This document shows, in pieces, positions 48,166 to 57,904 of a DNA stretch of 64,000 nucleotides. Location of the stretch: sequence record MT884006.2. One strand, 5' to 3'. Each line of letters opens with the position of its first letter. The first letter of the stretch is position 1. Below the pieces are notes generated by a model. The model did no database searches and had not been told where the DNA came from. It saw nothing but the letters and a program-made list of their open reading frames with translations. The stretch is from Escherichia phage vb_EcoM_bov9_1. The translations under genes and the position numbers were made by a program.

Positions 48166-49184
48166 TAGTTCAGTGCATTTAGTGCGTTGTTCAGTTTAGA
48201 ACGTTGCTTCGTGAGATTTTTGACTTTTTCTTGAGCTTTTTCTAGCATCTTTTCAGCTTCTAGCACTTCATTGGTCGCTTTAACGAGTTCATCATCTACT
48301 GCCTTGATAGACTTCTCAATCGCATCCGCGTGCCATTTTTCAACAGGTTTAAGACTCGGATTTTCAATAGGAAGAAAATTCACTTTATTGAATTTCCATG
48401 CATCTTTATTGCCTGAACTATACATCCAAAATTTAGGATCGTTTGATGAGTAATTAGATAAATTTAAGTTATCTTGCACTTCTTGCTTTTTCTCTTGCGG
48501 GACTTCATCCTTTCTCAAAAAATCGTATTTAAATGAAACGATCATATCAAGTTCATATGTTGTTGTATGTTCCCAATTTCGCTCAAAACGAGGTAAAATC
48601 TTAGAATGAACAGCGGCAACAACATCCATATACTTAAATGCTTCTGTCAACTGCGATTTAAGGCATTCGCAAATTGAAAGAGAATTTTTTGTATTAGGTT
48701 TAAAGCTAATTCGTGCAGTTCTATTATTTTCTTTTAATGGTCTTACTTCCATCTGAAGAGTATAACCATCAAATTTCAGGTTCTTTAAGTTAATGTCAGA
48801 ACCTTTTAATCGACTAGCCGTCGACAAAATTTGCTTTAATTGTTTACGGAATAGAGCAATAAATCTCCATTCAATACGATAATGATTTGGATTGAAAAAT
48901 CCAGATGATAAATCGACCTTACTCTGACCAACACCTTGAACAAACAGAGGATTTTTATAATCAATAGTTTTACAGAAATCGGTGAGCTGCTCACGAGCAG
49001 TCATTTGTGTAATATATCCCGCTTTACTAAAATGACGTAACCATTCACTGCTATTCATATATTTAAAGTGAATATCACGATTAACTTTATCAGGGTCTAA
49101 ATTATTTTGGCACAAAAATGTCATAACATCACGAGTATAGCTGGCATTACGAACCATATCTTCAATTTGAGAACGAGTTTTCAT
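48165..49184 (-). CDS. hypothetical protein with C-terminal coiled-coil tail
   Basis: 339-aa ORF. Confidence 0.5.
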   Translation of the reverse strand: MKTRSQIEDMVRNASYTRDVMTFLCQNNLDPDKVNRDIHFKYMNSSEWLRHFSKAGYITQMTAREQLTDFCKTIDYKNPLFVQGVGQSKVDLSSGFFNPNHYRIEWRFIALFRKQLKQILSTASRLKGSDINLKNLKFDGYTLQMEVRPLKENNRTARISFKPNTKNSLSICECLKSQLTEAFKYMDVVAAVHSKILPRFERNWEHTTTYELDMIVSFKYDFLRKDEVPQEKKQEVQDNLNLSNYSSNDPKFWMYSSGNKDAWKFNKVNFLPIENPSLKPVEKWHADAIEKSIKAVDDELVKATNEVLEAEKMLEKAQEKVKNLTKQRSKLNNALNALN

Positions 49185-49192
49185 GGTGTTCC

Positions 49193-50095
49193 TTAAGATT
49201 TAAGTAAATCAACAATTTTAATTAACTTTTCACGCTCAGATTTAGCTTTACTACTCAATCCAGATAGTCTAAAGATTTCATCGTCATATTGTTGAATAGA
49301 AATATTCAGCTCTTCAATTTGCTTATTAAAATAATCAATTTGTTCAGAATGTTTTTCGTTACTACGAACTGGTACAGGTTTTGTAGGAAATTTAGTTAAA
49401 CTGGATTCATCCGGGCGATAAATTAAAATACAATTTGAACCAATCGGGCATTTAGCACCAGACACATATTCTAATGTTCCAGCTTCCTTTAAAACTTCAA
49501 AAGCTAAACAGAGATGATGCCCCATATTGACATAATCTGTAGAGTGAGCTCTGACGTAATAATCATCTCCACGAGTGCTAAATTTAAAGCATTTAAGGTC
49601 TTCTGTATTATTAGTTTTAAAAATCATTTGTTTATCTAAACCTTTAGCTAATCGAGCGCCTAATGCTAATAATCGTCGTTGATTTTCCCACAAATCCGCA
49701 ATCATTTGATCGAATGACAATTTCGGCATTAGTCGACCATAAAGGTCATATCCTTTATTATAATTGCGAAGGATTTCACTCGCGTTAATACGAGACAATG
49801 CTCCGATTTTATTAAGGGCTTTCATGATGCGATTAGATAAACCCATTCCAGACCCGTTTGTTCGTTGTAAATGTTTTTCTAATCCAAATCCAATATCAAC
49901 TTTAAATTTATCTAAAATTTCAGCATGAACATCTCTGTCAATAACATTCAAATCCAAAGTTGGGTTAAATCTATGAAAAAATTTATCTGGCTCTCCACGA
50001 CGAAGTACAGTCCATTCATTTAATTTTTTATTAACTAAAGATTTAATTACTGCGTTGATATTATTAATTACTACTGACATATTTTCCTCACTCAA
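49193..50095 (-). CDS. hypothetical protein with C-terminal coiled-coil tail
   Basis: 300-aa ORF. Confidence 0.5.
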   Translation of the reverse strand: MSEENMSVVINNINAVIKSLVNKKLNEWTVLRRGEPDKFFHRFNPTLDLNVIDRDVHAEILDKFKVDIGFGLEKHLQRTNGSGMGLSNRIMKALNKIGALSRINASEILRNYNKGYDLYGRLMPKLSFDQMIADLWENQRRLLALGARLAKGLDKQMIFKTNNTEDLKCFKFSTRGDDYYVRAHSTDYVNMGHHLCLAFEVLKEAGTLEYVSGAKCPIGSNCILIYRPDESSLTKFPTKPVPVRSNEKHSEQIDYFNKQIEELNISIQQYDDEIFRLSGLSSKAKSEREKLIKIVDLLKS

Positions 50096-50496
50096 TTTTC
50101 AATTTTACTAAATACACAGAATATGATGGAAAAGACTATATAAGCACCGCATACAGATTGAACTAATACCATTCCAAAGAACCAAACAATATTATCAAAC
50201 ACTGTCTGTTTTACGTCGAAAGGACGTAAACTTACAGTAATATTATCGCCTTTTTCTATTGATGAATACATCTCTGGTGAAATATATTCACTAAATCTAT
50301 AACCGTCTTTGAGTTCATATACGGCAATAAACGATAAACTAGACCCCTTTCCTTGAGTTCCTGTAAGGGTATTAACTACAGTAACATCATAATCTTTATA
50401 ATGCATATAATCATTAATTGCATAATAACCATATGCAACTACTACACATAAACAACATATCAATAAATTCAATCTTTTAATTATCAACTGTTTCAT
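50092..50496 (-). CDS. membrane protein (N- and C-terminal hydrophobic helices)
   Basis: 134-aa ORF. Confidence 0.5.
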   Translation of the reverse strand: MKQLIIKRLNLLICCLCVVVAYGYYAINDYMHYKDYDVTVVNTLTGTQGKGSSLSFIAVYELKDGYRFSEYISPEMYSSIEKGDNITVSLRPFDVKQTVFDNIVWFFGMVLVQSVCGAYIVFSIIFCVFSKIEN

Positions 50497-50551
50497 AATA
50501 ATCTCAATTAAAAGGGCTTAGAACCATTATACCATCCTTGGTATAAAGCGG

Positions 50552-51139
50552 TTATGCGAGTACCGTCTTTAACCGTTCTTCAAACTTCCGAAGAGTATTT
50601 TGGCGTTCAGCTCTTTGCTTTTTGTAAGTTTCAATACGCTCTGAAATGAGATTGTATCGTTCATTTACTGATTCTTTCATAAAATCAGGAATTTCACGAG
50701 AAGCTTTAATCTCGTCAAATTTATCAATAACAGCTTGCTCTTCAGCAATTAAGTTATCATACATCAAAATATCTTTCTTGATGAACTCAATATCTTCTTG
50801 AGTTACACGAGATAATTTAGATGCTTTATCCTTTTTGTACTGTTCGTTAGTATCACGAGACCAGTGTAATGTACGATTTTTATTCGTATTCTTGTAAATT
50901 TCTACAATACCAATCTCATCGATAATAACGATCCAATTCCAACGGGATTTGTAAATTTGTCCTCCATCAACAGTGATTTCACCTCCGATTGAGATGTCAT
51001 TAAAGAACTTGCTTTGTGCTTCAGATTTAAATTTACCATCATTGTAGTTTACCAAGTTGAAAATATCTTTAGCATTCATTTTCTGTTCCTCCGTAGTTGA
51101 TAGTTGTATAGTACCACAGAGGAACGGTCTTGTAAACAA
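50552..51139 (-). CDS. hypothetical protein with C-terminal coiled coil
   Basis: 195-aa ORF; start probably internal. Confidence 0.45.
   Translation of the reverse strand: MFTRPFLCGTIQLSTTEEQKMNAKDIFNLVNYNDGKFKSEAQSKFFNDISIGGEITVDGGQIYKSRWNWIVIIDEIGIVEIYKNTNKNRTLHWSRDTNEQYKKDKASKLSRVTQEDIEFIKKDILMYDNLIAEEQAVIDKFDEIKASREIPDFMKESVNERYNLISERIETYKKQRAERQNTLRKFEERLKTVLA
51108..51137 (-). promoter_or_regulatory. T4-type early promoter in a repeated cassette
   Basis: minus-strand GTTTAC-18-TGgTACTAT. Confidence 0.5.
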
Positions 51140-51454
51140 CTAAAAGAAACTTCTTTCACAATTTTTTCCACTGAACCACGCACTCACTGCTTTCTTAGTC
51201 TCAGGAGCAGTGTTATCCATAAACCATTCAAAGGCAGCCTTTTTATGATTCTGGAGGGCTTCTCGGGCTTTAATCTGCTCACGGTCTATTAACACTAACA
51301 TATGAGCCTTTCTTGTCACCAAGGGCTTCTTATGATTTTTTGAATACTCCCAGTCATTTGTCCATCGCATTGTCGTTGCGAATTGAAATACAGCTTCTTT
51401 AATTTTAGTTTCGTAAATTTCACGAGCCTTTGAGTATAACATCATTACCTCCAT
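51140..51454 (-). CDS. hypothetical protein
   Basis: 104-aa ORF. Confidence 0.45.
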   Translation of the reverse strand: MEVMMLYSKAREIYETKIKEAVFQFATTMRWTNDWEYSKNHKKPLVTRKAHMLVLIDREQIKAREALQNHKKAAFEWFMDNTAPETKKAVSAWFSGKNCERSFF

Positions 51455-51543
51455 TTACCAGTTTAATTCTAGTCATCTTTTTGATGGCAGTCCATATAAT
51501 CTATTTCTGAACTGCCTTTTTATCTTAGAAGGCCTCTTATGAA

Positions 51544-52524
51544 TTATTTCAGAAGAGTAACCTCAGCGATTTCTTCCCAACCGTTTTTGTCGGTCATAAT
51601 AAAGTCAGCAAGATAAAGAGCAGTACGCAGTGAAACATTGCGTAAACGATTAACATTGACTTTCATCCATGATAATGCTTTATAAGTTTCTTCATCAGAA
51701 AGACCACGCTTTTGCATCATGTCAGTTGAAAGAATAACATCTTCAACCCTGACCATAATTTCTTCATTAGTGTGAACACCCAAATCCAAATAAACTGAGC
51801 GGGACACTAATGCTTGTAAATGTGGAGCAAGTTTAGTACCACGGTCTAATTCGCGGTCAATGTCAACGTTTGTGATAAAAACAATCGTTCCTTTAAATTC
51901 AAACTCACGCTCAATGCCTTTTTCTTCTAAGTAAGAAGATGCGGTGCTCCAGCAGACTTTACGGGTCTCTCCAGTGTCCAGAGCAGCTTTCAGAAGATTA
52001 AGAATGTCCATATCAGAGAAAACATCCACATCATCAATCAAAAGGACAGAATTCTCTTCACGATTATTCCAAAGCTGCTCATAAAGACCAATACCAGAGA
52101 TTTTACCATTAATGCTTTTATATTCAATGTATCCAATATCATTTGCTTTATTTAAAGCTTTATCTAAAGAATACGTTTTACCAATACCTGCTGCACCAGA
52201 GATAATTAATGAACGAATGTTTCCGTTAATAATACCATTCGTCATCATTCCCATAACATTAAATCTTTTATTAATGCGGGTTTTCATATCTTCATACGAT
52301 TCTTTAACTTCTTCAACTTTTACACCATCATATGAAATGTCTGATTTGTAAACCCAAACACCGCGACGTTTACCGTCAATTTCAACAAAAACTTTACCAT
52401 CTCCTTGTGCATCTACCGGAGCATTATCTGGGAACCATTCGCCTAAGAGCTCAAAAGTTCCAGAGATTTCTTTACCGAAGTAGATACCCTTATTGATAGT
52501 TACAGTTTTCATTTTATTCTCCAA
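51544..52524 (-). CDS. P-loop ATPase (AAA-like)
   Basis: 326-aa ORF; Walker A GAAGIGKT and Walker B VLLIDDVD. Confidence 0.6.
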   Translation of the reverse strand: MENKMKTVTINKGIYFGKEISGTFELLGEWFPDNAPVDAQGDGKVFVEIDGKRRGVWVYKSDISYDGVKVEEVKESYEDMKTRINKRFNVMGMMTNGIINGNIRSLIISGAAGIGKTYSLDKALNKANDIGYIEYKSINGKISGIGLYEQLWNNREENSVLLIDDVDVFSDMDILNLLKAALDTGETRKVCWSTASSYLEEKGIEREFEFKGTIVFITNVDIDRELDRGTKLAPHLQALVSRSVYLDLGVHTNEEIMVRVEDVILSTDMMQKRGLSDEETYKALSWMKVNVNRLRNVSLRTALYLADFIMTDKNGWEEIAEVTLLK

Positions 52525-52546
52525 ATCCGTATCAGTTGATAGTTGT

Positions 52547-52576
52547 ATAGTACCATAAAGCTTTATGCTTGTAAAC
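52547..52576 (-). promoter_or_regulatory. T4-type early promoter in a repeated cassette
   Basis: minus-strand GTTTAC-18-TGgTACTAT upstream of the ATPase gene. Confidence 0.5.
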
Positions 52577-52604
52577 AGTTTTGTGAAAAATTTTTGAAAT
52601 AAAA

Positions 52605-52625
52605 AAGGGAGCCCGAAGGCTCCCT
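52605..52625 (-). terminator. hairpin with UUCG loop
   Basis: gggagcc-cgaa-ggctccc followed by a T-tract on the minus strand. Confidence 0.55.
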
Positions 52626-52626
52626 A

Positions 52627-53640
52627 TCATTTATAATAACTTCGGTGGTTTTCAAGATAGACCTTCTCAAGGAAGTCATCCCAGAAACTCATGTCTACTG
52701 TTTTAGGCATACCATTCTTAGAAGCTTCAGTAGATGCTGCTTCTACTTGATCGACCACATCTTCCAAAAACTCTTGAACTGTTTTAAATGGATGTTTACC
52801 CAACTTCACGTCGAGAATAAATGGAGCATCTTGGAGTGGATAAATCAAGTCGCCAGTTTTGTAAATTTCCAATAGTTGAAGTCCACCACGACAAGCATGA
52901 CTTAGTGCTTTCCAATCAATACCTTCATTAGCTTCGGCCTTACGAGCACGTTCACCATATTCAGCATCTAATTTGTTCAGTGACTGCTTAAGCTCAATAA
53001 GAGAAAGCGTTGTCTGATATTTACGACCCAGCACTGTATAGAACATTTGTGGACCTGTTTTCTCATGATTATGGAACACCCATTCACAGAATTCGTTTTC
53101 TGGAAGACGATGCTTAATATCTTCAACTTTAGTACGACGCTGCTTAATGGAACCGTCTTCTTGGTAATCAACCCATTGCTCAGGGATTTGATTAACTACT
53201 TTCAATACATCACGTAATGCAGCCAAACGAGAACCCTTGACGCCGTATTTAGAAGCTTGCTTGCGGACATATCCTAAATAGGATTTCATGTTAGTCGTAT
53301 AAAAACGAGAACGGTTGTCTTGAATAAACTTCCACACATCAGGCAAATCAGATTTAACCACTAGTTCAGGTGGAGTGTGAAGCATATCCAATGCTACAGT
53401 TTCACCATCTGCTGCTAATTTAAAGAAATACTTAAGACTATACAATTCGTGGTCAATATCATCTTTAGTGTTTTTAGATGATGTGTTGTTGGTATTTTTA
53501 CTCATATGCTCTTTAACATTTCCGATAAGAATATCACGAGCAGGAGGAACAAAGATTTCTTTAAAATCTACATCAGATTCTGGGGTAGAAGTTCCATAAA
53601 GATGACTACCAAAATAGCTTTTCATTACTGTTTTCATCAT
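52627..53640 (-). CDS. putative nucleotidyltransferase (Pol-beta-like NTase fold)
   Basis: 337-aa ORF; N-terminal GSHLYGTSTPESDVDF resembles the GS...DxD motif of Pol-beta-superfamily nucleotidyltransferases. Confidence 0.5.
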   Translation of the reverse strand: MMKTVMKSYFGSHLYGTSTPESDVDFKEIFVPPARDILIGNVKEHMSKNTNNTSSKNTKDDIDHELYSLKYFFKLAADGETVALDMLHTPPELVVKSDLPDVWKFIQDNRSRFYTTNMKSYLGYVRKQASKYGVKGSRLAALRDVLKVVNQIPEQWVDYQEDGSIKQRRTKVEDIKHRLPENEFCEWVFHNHEKTGPQMFYTVLGRKYQTTLSLIELKQSLNKLDAEYGERARKAEANEGIDWKALSHACRGGLQLLEIYKTGDLIYPLQDAPFILDVKLGKHPFKTVQEFLEDVVDQVEAASTEASKNGMPKTVDMSFWDDFLEKVYLENHRSYYK

Positions 53641-54098
53641 TCAGCCTTATATTCAATAACAGGACATACTTTAGCTTTACGAGCTTTTAAAAATTCAACG
53701 ATAATCGATTTCTTGGGTTGAATAGGAGGTAAACCTTTATTTTTCCTATCAATGTTTTCTACGTGTAAAGCATAATCCTTTTTCCATTTATAATCTTTAT
53801 ATTTTTCACGCAAATGTACAGGAATAACAAATGAACCAATAATAAGTAAAACAACCAAAAGCGCAAGTATAAATGCTGATGGAAGCAAAGTCCATAAACT
53901 ACCAAAAATAAGCCAACGCTGTAAACTTTCTGCACAAATAATTGTTAGCCCTACGAGTATAGCACACCCAAAAATAGAAACGAAAAATGTAGGGATAACA
54001 ATAGACCAAAAATATGCGCATAGTGTCTTAGGTCGTTGCCATTCATCGTTAAACAATTTGAATAATTTATAGTGCCAAGAGTTTTCATTAATAATCAT
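53637..54098 (-). CDS. membrane protein
   Basis: 153-aa ORF with several hydrophobic helices. Confidence 0.5.
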   Translation of the reverse strand: MIINENSWHYKLFKLFNDEWQRPKTLCAYFWSIVIPTFFVSIFGCAILVGLTIICAESLQRWLIFGSLWTLLPSAFILALLVVLLIIGSFVIPVHLREKYKDYKWKKDYALHVENIDRKNKGLPPIQPKKSIIVEFLKARKAKVCPVIEYKAE

Positions 54099-54100
54099 AA

Positions 54101-54622
54101 CTATCCTTTCATTGAAGGCGTAACAGTTGTTAAATACTTAATCATAGCTTCAGCTTCTGATTTTGATAGTGAAATTTCTTCACCGTTTTGGCGAATAGAA
54201 ACAAAATCTGGATGACGATCACCACCAGCTTTTAAAACACACATATAAGTATCAGCTTCGCCTTCAATATTTGAAATGATTGAAGCAGTTCCACATGAAT
54301 GCGGTTTTTGATAAATCAATACAGCTTTTCTTCCACCATTTGACTGTTCATAGGCTTTTAATACATCAAGCAAATCAGTTCTTTTATCAATAGCTAAGAT
54401 GTTATTTTCATCTTCAATGTTAAATCCTTCGGATACTTCATAAAGAGTTACCCATAAATCACCAATGTCAATAACAGCATTTACTTTTCCACGGCTTTCA
54501 AGAGTATGACAAATTTTCTTGATTTCGTCATAACTCATTTTAATAATATCATCTCCTTGACTAAGGAAGATGTCATTTTTAAATTCAACACGAATTAAAC
54601 CACTTCCACTTGAAATAAACAT
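54101..54622 (-). CDS. hypothetical protein (paralogue pair member)
   Basis: 173-aa ORF; C-terminus EAEAMIKYLTTVTPSM similar to the neighbour. Confidence 0.5.
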   Translation of the reverse strand: MFISSGSGLIRVEFKNDIFLSQGDDIIKMSYDEIKKICHTLESRGKVNAVIDIGDLWVTLYEVSEGFNIEDENNILAIDKRTDLLDVLKAYEQSNGGRKAVLIYQKPHSCGTASIISNIEGEADTYMCVLKAGGDRHPDFVSIRQNGEEISLSKSEAEAMIKYLTTVTPSMKG

Positions 54623-54628
54623 ATTTCC

Positions 54629-55183
54629 TCACTTTGAAATCATAATTGGAATGACAGAATCAAGATAAGTCTTTAGCGCAATAGCTTCGTCTTTGGTAAA
54701 TGTGACAATATGTGCTCGAGAATCATCAATTTGGCGAACAAGTACGACATCGCCATCTTCATAAGAAGTCTTGACATCCAAAGTCGTAGTATAATTTGCA
54801 GCTACTGGATTAATAATGCTAGCACCGCGATCTTTAGCCCATTGAAGTTTAGCCTTTTCGGGTGTTTCGACTGTTTCAGATTCCAAGAATTCTTTCACCT
54901 TGGCAACGAATGTTGCCCAATTGTTGATAGAAAGACACATAAATTCAGTTTCAATATTACCGCCGTAAAGGCCACGATAAAAACGAACTTGGAGGTCGCC
55001 TGTAATATTAGTTACACCGGTAACTCCTGAGGGAGCATAAGATAAAATCGCAGCCAGTTCCATAGGAAGAATAGTAATACTATCGTCTTCCTGCGTCAGA
55101 ACGTATACATTATCACGTTTTTCGATAACCAGGTCACCGAACAAATCAGTTGTTTCAATTACAGCTTTCATATTATTTACCAA
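54629..55183 (-). CDS. hypothetical protein (paralogue pair member)
   Basis: 184-aa ORF; C-terminus DEAIALKTYLDSVIPIM. Confidence 0.5.
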   Translation of the reverse strand: MVNNMKAVIETTDLFGDLVIEKRDNVYVLTQEDDSITILPMELAAILSYAPSGVTGVTNITGDLQVRFYRGLYGGNIETEFMCLSINNWATFVAKVKEFLESETVETPEKAKLQWAKDRGASIINPVAANYTTTLDVKTSYEDGDVVLVRQIDDSRAHIVTFTKDEAIALKTYLDSVIPIMISK

Positions 55184-55358
55184 TTAAAGTTTCAATATAA
55201 GAATCAAGATTTACTTTAGCTTCTTCCATAAGAGTTTTGTATTTAATCTTGTTAGCATGTCCGGAGAAAGCTGATTCATCAATAATTGTTGATGTATGAA
55301 CAGCTTTACTATACGTCTCAATTAATTCTCTTAATTTAAAAGCCTGCTCACTTGTCAT
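55173..55358 (-). CDS. hypothetical protein
   Basis: 61-aa ORF. Confidence 0.4.
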   Translation of the reverse strand: MTSEQAFKLRELIETYSKAVHTSTIIDESAFSGHANKIKYKTLMEEAKVNLDSYIETLIGK

Positions 55359-55490
55359 TACATACTCCTCTGAATCATATCAATAATGTTATTTACCAAA
55401 TTATAAGTAAACATTGGGTAATTATATTGAATCATCACATACACAACAAACAAAACTTTCATTCTCTTCTCCTTGGCAGTTGACAAGATT

Positions 55491-55520
55491 ACTATACCAT
55501 AACCTTGCCAACTTGTAAAC
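55491..55520 (-). promoter_or_regulatory. T4-type early promoter
   Basis: minus-strand GTTTAC-18-TGgTATAGT. Confidence 0.5.
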
Positions 55521-55685
55521 CATTAAATGACGTTTTCGATAAAATTCTGAAGCTTTGTATGAGCATCAACCATGATTTTCAATTCTTCTTTAGCGAAAGC
55601 CGTACCTCTTTCCCGAGCAGAATACTCATAGTCAGAAACTGCATTAGCATATTCTTCAATTAGCTTCATTAAAAACATCTGCTTT

Positions 55686-55880
55686 TCAGTTTTCATTATT
55701 CCACCTAATCATTTCAAGATATTGAACTAACTTAGCTTTGGATTTATCCAAATCTCTTTTAGCTGCTTCTATACCGTCGTATGAATATCCTTCACAATGC
55801 TCAACTGCTAATTGATATGAATCTATTTCAATATCACGTGCTAATTTAATGATTTTTTCAAACTGTTCACGTGTTAGCAT
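55686..55880 (-). CDS. hypothetical protein
   Basis: 64-aa ORF. Confidence 0.4.
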   Translation of the reverse strand: MLTREQFEKIIKLARDIEIDSYQLAVEHCEGYSYDGIEAAKRDLDKSKAKLVQYLEMIRWNNEN

Positions 55881-55882
55881 AC

Positions 55883-56122
55883 TTAAACTCTCGTATTATG
55901 ATCGATAATTTCATCAAGAAACATATCTAACGCTTCTAAAGCATTATCAACTTTAGCTTCAAATTCTTCAATACCTTTATTTGCAATGCCTGATGAAAAC
56001 CAAGCAAAGTCACTAAGTTCCTCATCTGCTTTACGAATTAAAGCTACCAATTCCTTAATTTTATCCGCTTGTTCGATACTAATCATTATTCCACCACATA
56101 TGAAAGAGAGAATATTGCACAT
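55883..56122 (-). CDS. hypothetical protein
   Basis: 79-aa ORF. Confidence 0.4.
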
Positions 56123-56319
56123 GCCATGTGAGTTGCAACTTCATCACACATATTATAGCGTTTCTTAAGAAGTTCTACAAGTTCTTCACTAGTAACTTCA
56201 TCCATGTCGACGAAAAAATCACCATTAATGATGACGTAGATATTTCCTTCTTGATTGAGTGCTTCAATTTTCATGATGTTCTCCTCTTTATCCGATAGTT
56301 GTATAGTACCACAGCTCAA
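56086..56319 (-). CDS. hypothetical protein
   Basis: 77-aa ORF; start probably internal. Confidence 0.4.
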
Positions 56320-56332
56320 ACGGAAAGTAAAC
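56303..56332 (-). promoter_or_regulatory. T4-type early promoter
   Basis: minus-strand GTTTAC-18-TGgTACTAT. Confidence 0.5.
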
Positions 56333-56347
56333 CGGTAAAATGAAAAA

Positions 56348-56365
56348 AGTCTCCCGAAGGAGACT
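56348..56365 (-). terminator. hairpin with UUCG loop
   Basis: gtctcc-cgaa-ggagac. Confidence 0.5.
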
Positions 56366-56369
56366 AATG

Positions 56370-56756
56370 TTATTCGAGGGAAAGAAGATACTTACTCTGG
56401 TAAAACATTCCAGTAATATCATCTATCGTGCTTTGGATGGCTGGAGGCATTTCTTTATAAATGCTGTTAGATTGGTCTAGTATGCAATCAATCATTTTAA
56501 TTGTGTCGGTAGGAAGTTTACTGGCATCTGGAATTGAAGGTGTGTATTTTCTACCAGAATACCCCAAATATTGCTCACCAAATTTATCAATCAAATCTGG
56601 CAACTCGGAGAAAATAAAATCGTATGCTTTGTGTCTAGCATAACTTTTAGTTTCAAAATGTGCAGAATGAAAATAAGCTTGTGCAGCCATTAATAAACCT
56701 AAGTATTCATCTGCCTTTGAAGGTTTTCCACTTTGTGAAAAGTCGCTGAATTTCAT
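56370..56756 (-). CDS. hypothetical protein
   Basis: 128-aa ORF. Confidence 0.5.
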
Positions 56757-57046
56757 TCAGTCTCCAATTTAATGTTCATAATTCTAGCGTATGATTGTGC
56801 CATCTCCGCGCCTCGCTCTATACATTCAAAATCAGAAGAGCACGGGTCATTTTTATAGGTCGTTCTCATAAAACTATAGAATTGTTCAGACGATTCTACG
56901 CTTTTATTTTCAAAAAGCATATAAACATGTCTAATACCAGATTCCATAAATTTATCAAAATGAGGATCGACATTCGCTTCAATCGATGGAGATAAAACAA
57001 ATGACAATCCTAGCATGGCAAATAGTGCCGTTGCTTTTAAGGCCAT
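56753..57046 (-). CDS. predicted secreted protein
   Basis: 97-aa ORF with signal peptide MALKATALFAMLGLSFVLSPSIEA. Confidence 0.5.
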   Translation of the reverse strand: MALKATALFAMLGLSFVLSPSIEANVDPHFDKFMESGIRHVYMLFENKSVESSEQFYSFMRTTYKNDPCSSDFECIERGAEMAQSYARIMNIKLETE

Positions 57047-57058
57047 AAAGGCCTCCTA

Positions 57059-57271
57059 TCATTTTTGTCCTGTATTTACTTTATGCCGATGTACGGCCTT
57101 AACTTTATCAAGGTATTTTTCAAAATTTCGCAATCTAGTATAGTCTGCCGGAGATTGGTTGAGTGATACTTCTCGACGCAAAGCTGAAATGATATTTCCA
57201 ACTTCCCTACGAATTTCATCTAATTGAAGCACAGTAAGATTGCGAAGTTGCTTTTCAGTTAATTGTAGCAT
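57059..57271 (-). CDS. hypothetical protein
   Basis: 70-aa ORF. Confidence 0.4.
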
Positions 57272-57313
57272 ATATACCCCTTTAGTTAGATAAACCTATT
57301 TATAACTTTTGCA

Positions 57314-57895
57314 CTAACCGAGCTTTTTAGTTAATTCATTCCAATGTTTTCTACACAAAGAAACATAAATTTCATCACCAATACAGATTTGATTACCTTC
57401 TTTAACTGGTGTTCCATCTTCCATTAATCGAGCTGTCATAATCGCTTTTTTACCACAATGACAAACTGCCTTTAGTTCAATAAGTTTATCTGCAATCGCT
57501 AAAAGTTCTTTAGAACCTTCAAATAATTTTCCAGCGAAATCAGTCCTTAGCCCATAAGCCATAACAGGAACATTATATGTATCAACAATTCGGCTCAATT
57601 GATGCACCTGTTCAGTTTTTAAAAACTGAGCTTCATCTACAAATACGCAATGAATATCTTTTTGTGCTTCAGCCCATTTATAGAACTCGAAAATATCCAT
57701 ATCATCTGTAATAATATTCGCTTCCTGCTTAATTCCAATGCGAGAAACGACTTCACAGACAGAATCGCGAGTATCAATAGCAGGCTTAAGAACTAATACA
57801 CTCATTCCACGTTCTTTATAATTATGTGCAGCAGTCAAAAGAGAAGCAGATTTTCCAGCATTCATTGCTGCATAAGTAAAAATTAAACTCGCCAT
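57314..57895 (-). CDS. tk: thymidine kinase
   Basis: 193-aa ORF; P-loop AAMNAGKS, C-terminal zinc-binding cysteines; size equals T4 Tk. Confidence 0.9.
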   Translation of the reverse strand: MASLIFTYAAMNAGKSASLLTAAHNYKERGMSVLVLKPAIDTRDSVCEVVSRIGIKQEANIITDDMDIFEFYKWAEAQKDIHCVFVDEAQFLKTEQVHQLSRIVDTYNVPVMAYGLRTDFAGKLFEGSKELLAIADKLIELKAVCHCGKKAIMTARLMEDGTPVKEGNQICIGDEIYVSLCRKHWNELTKKLG

Positions 57896-57904
57896 ATCAC
57901 CTTC

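Noticed and set aside
50521-50560. Candidate early promoter (TGgTATAAT -10)
   Set aside because: -35 hexamer deviates from GTTTAC (CTTTAT); too weak to list as a feature.
55480-55500. Plus-strand sigma70-like TTGACA hexamer
   Set aside because: No matching -10 at proper spacing on the plus strand and no plus-strand gene downstream; the same region is explained by a minus-strand early promoter.
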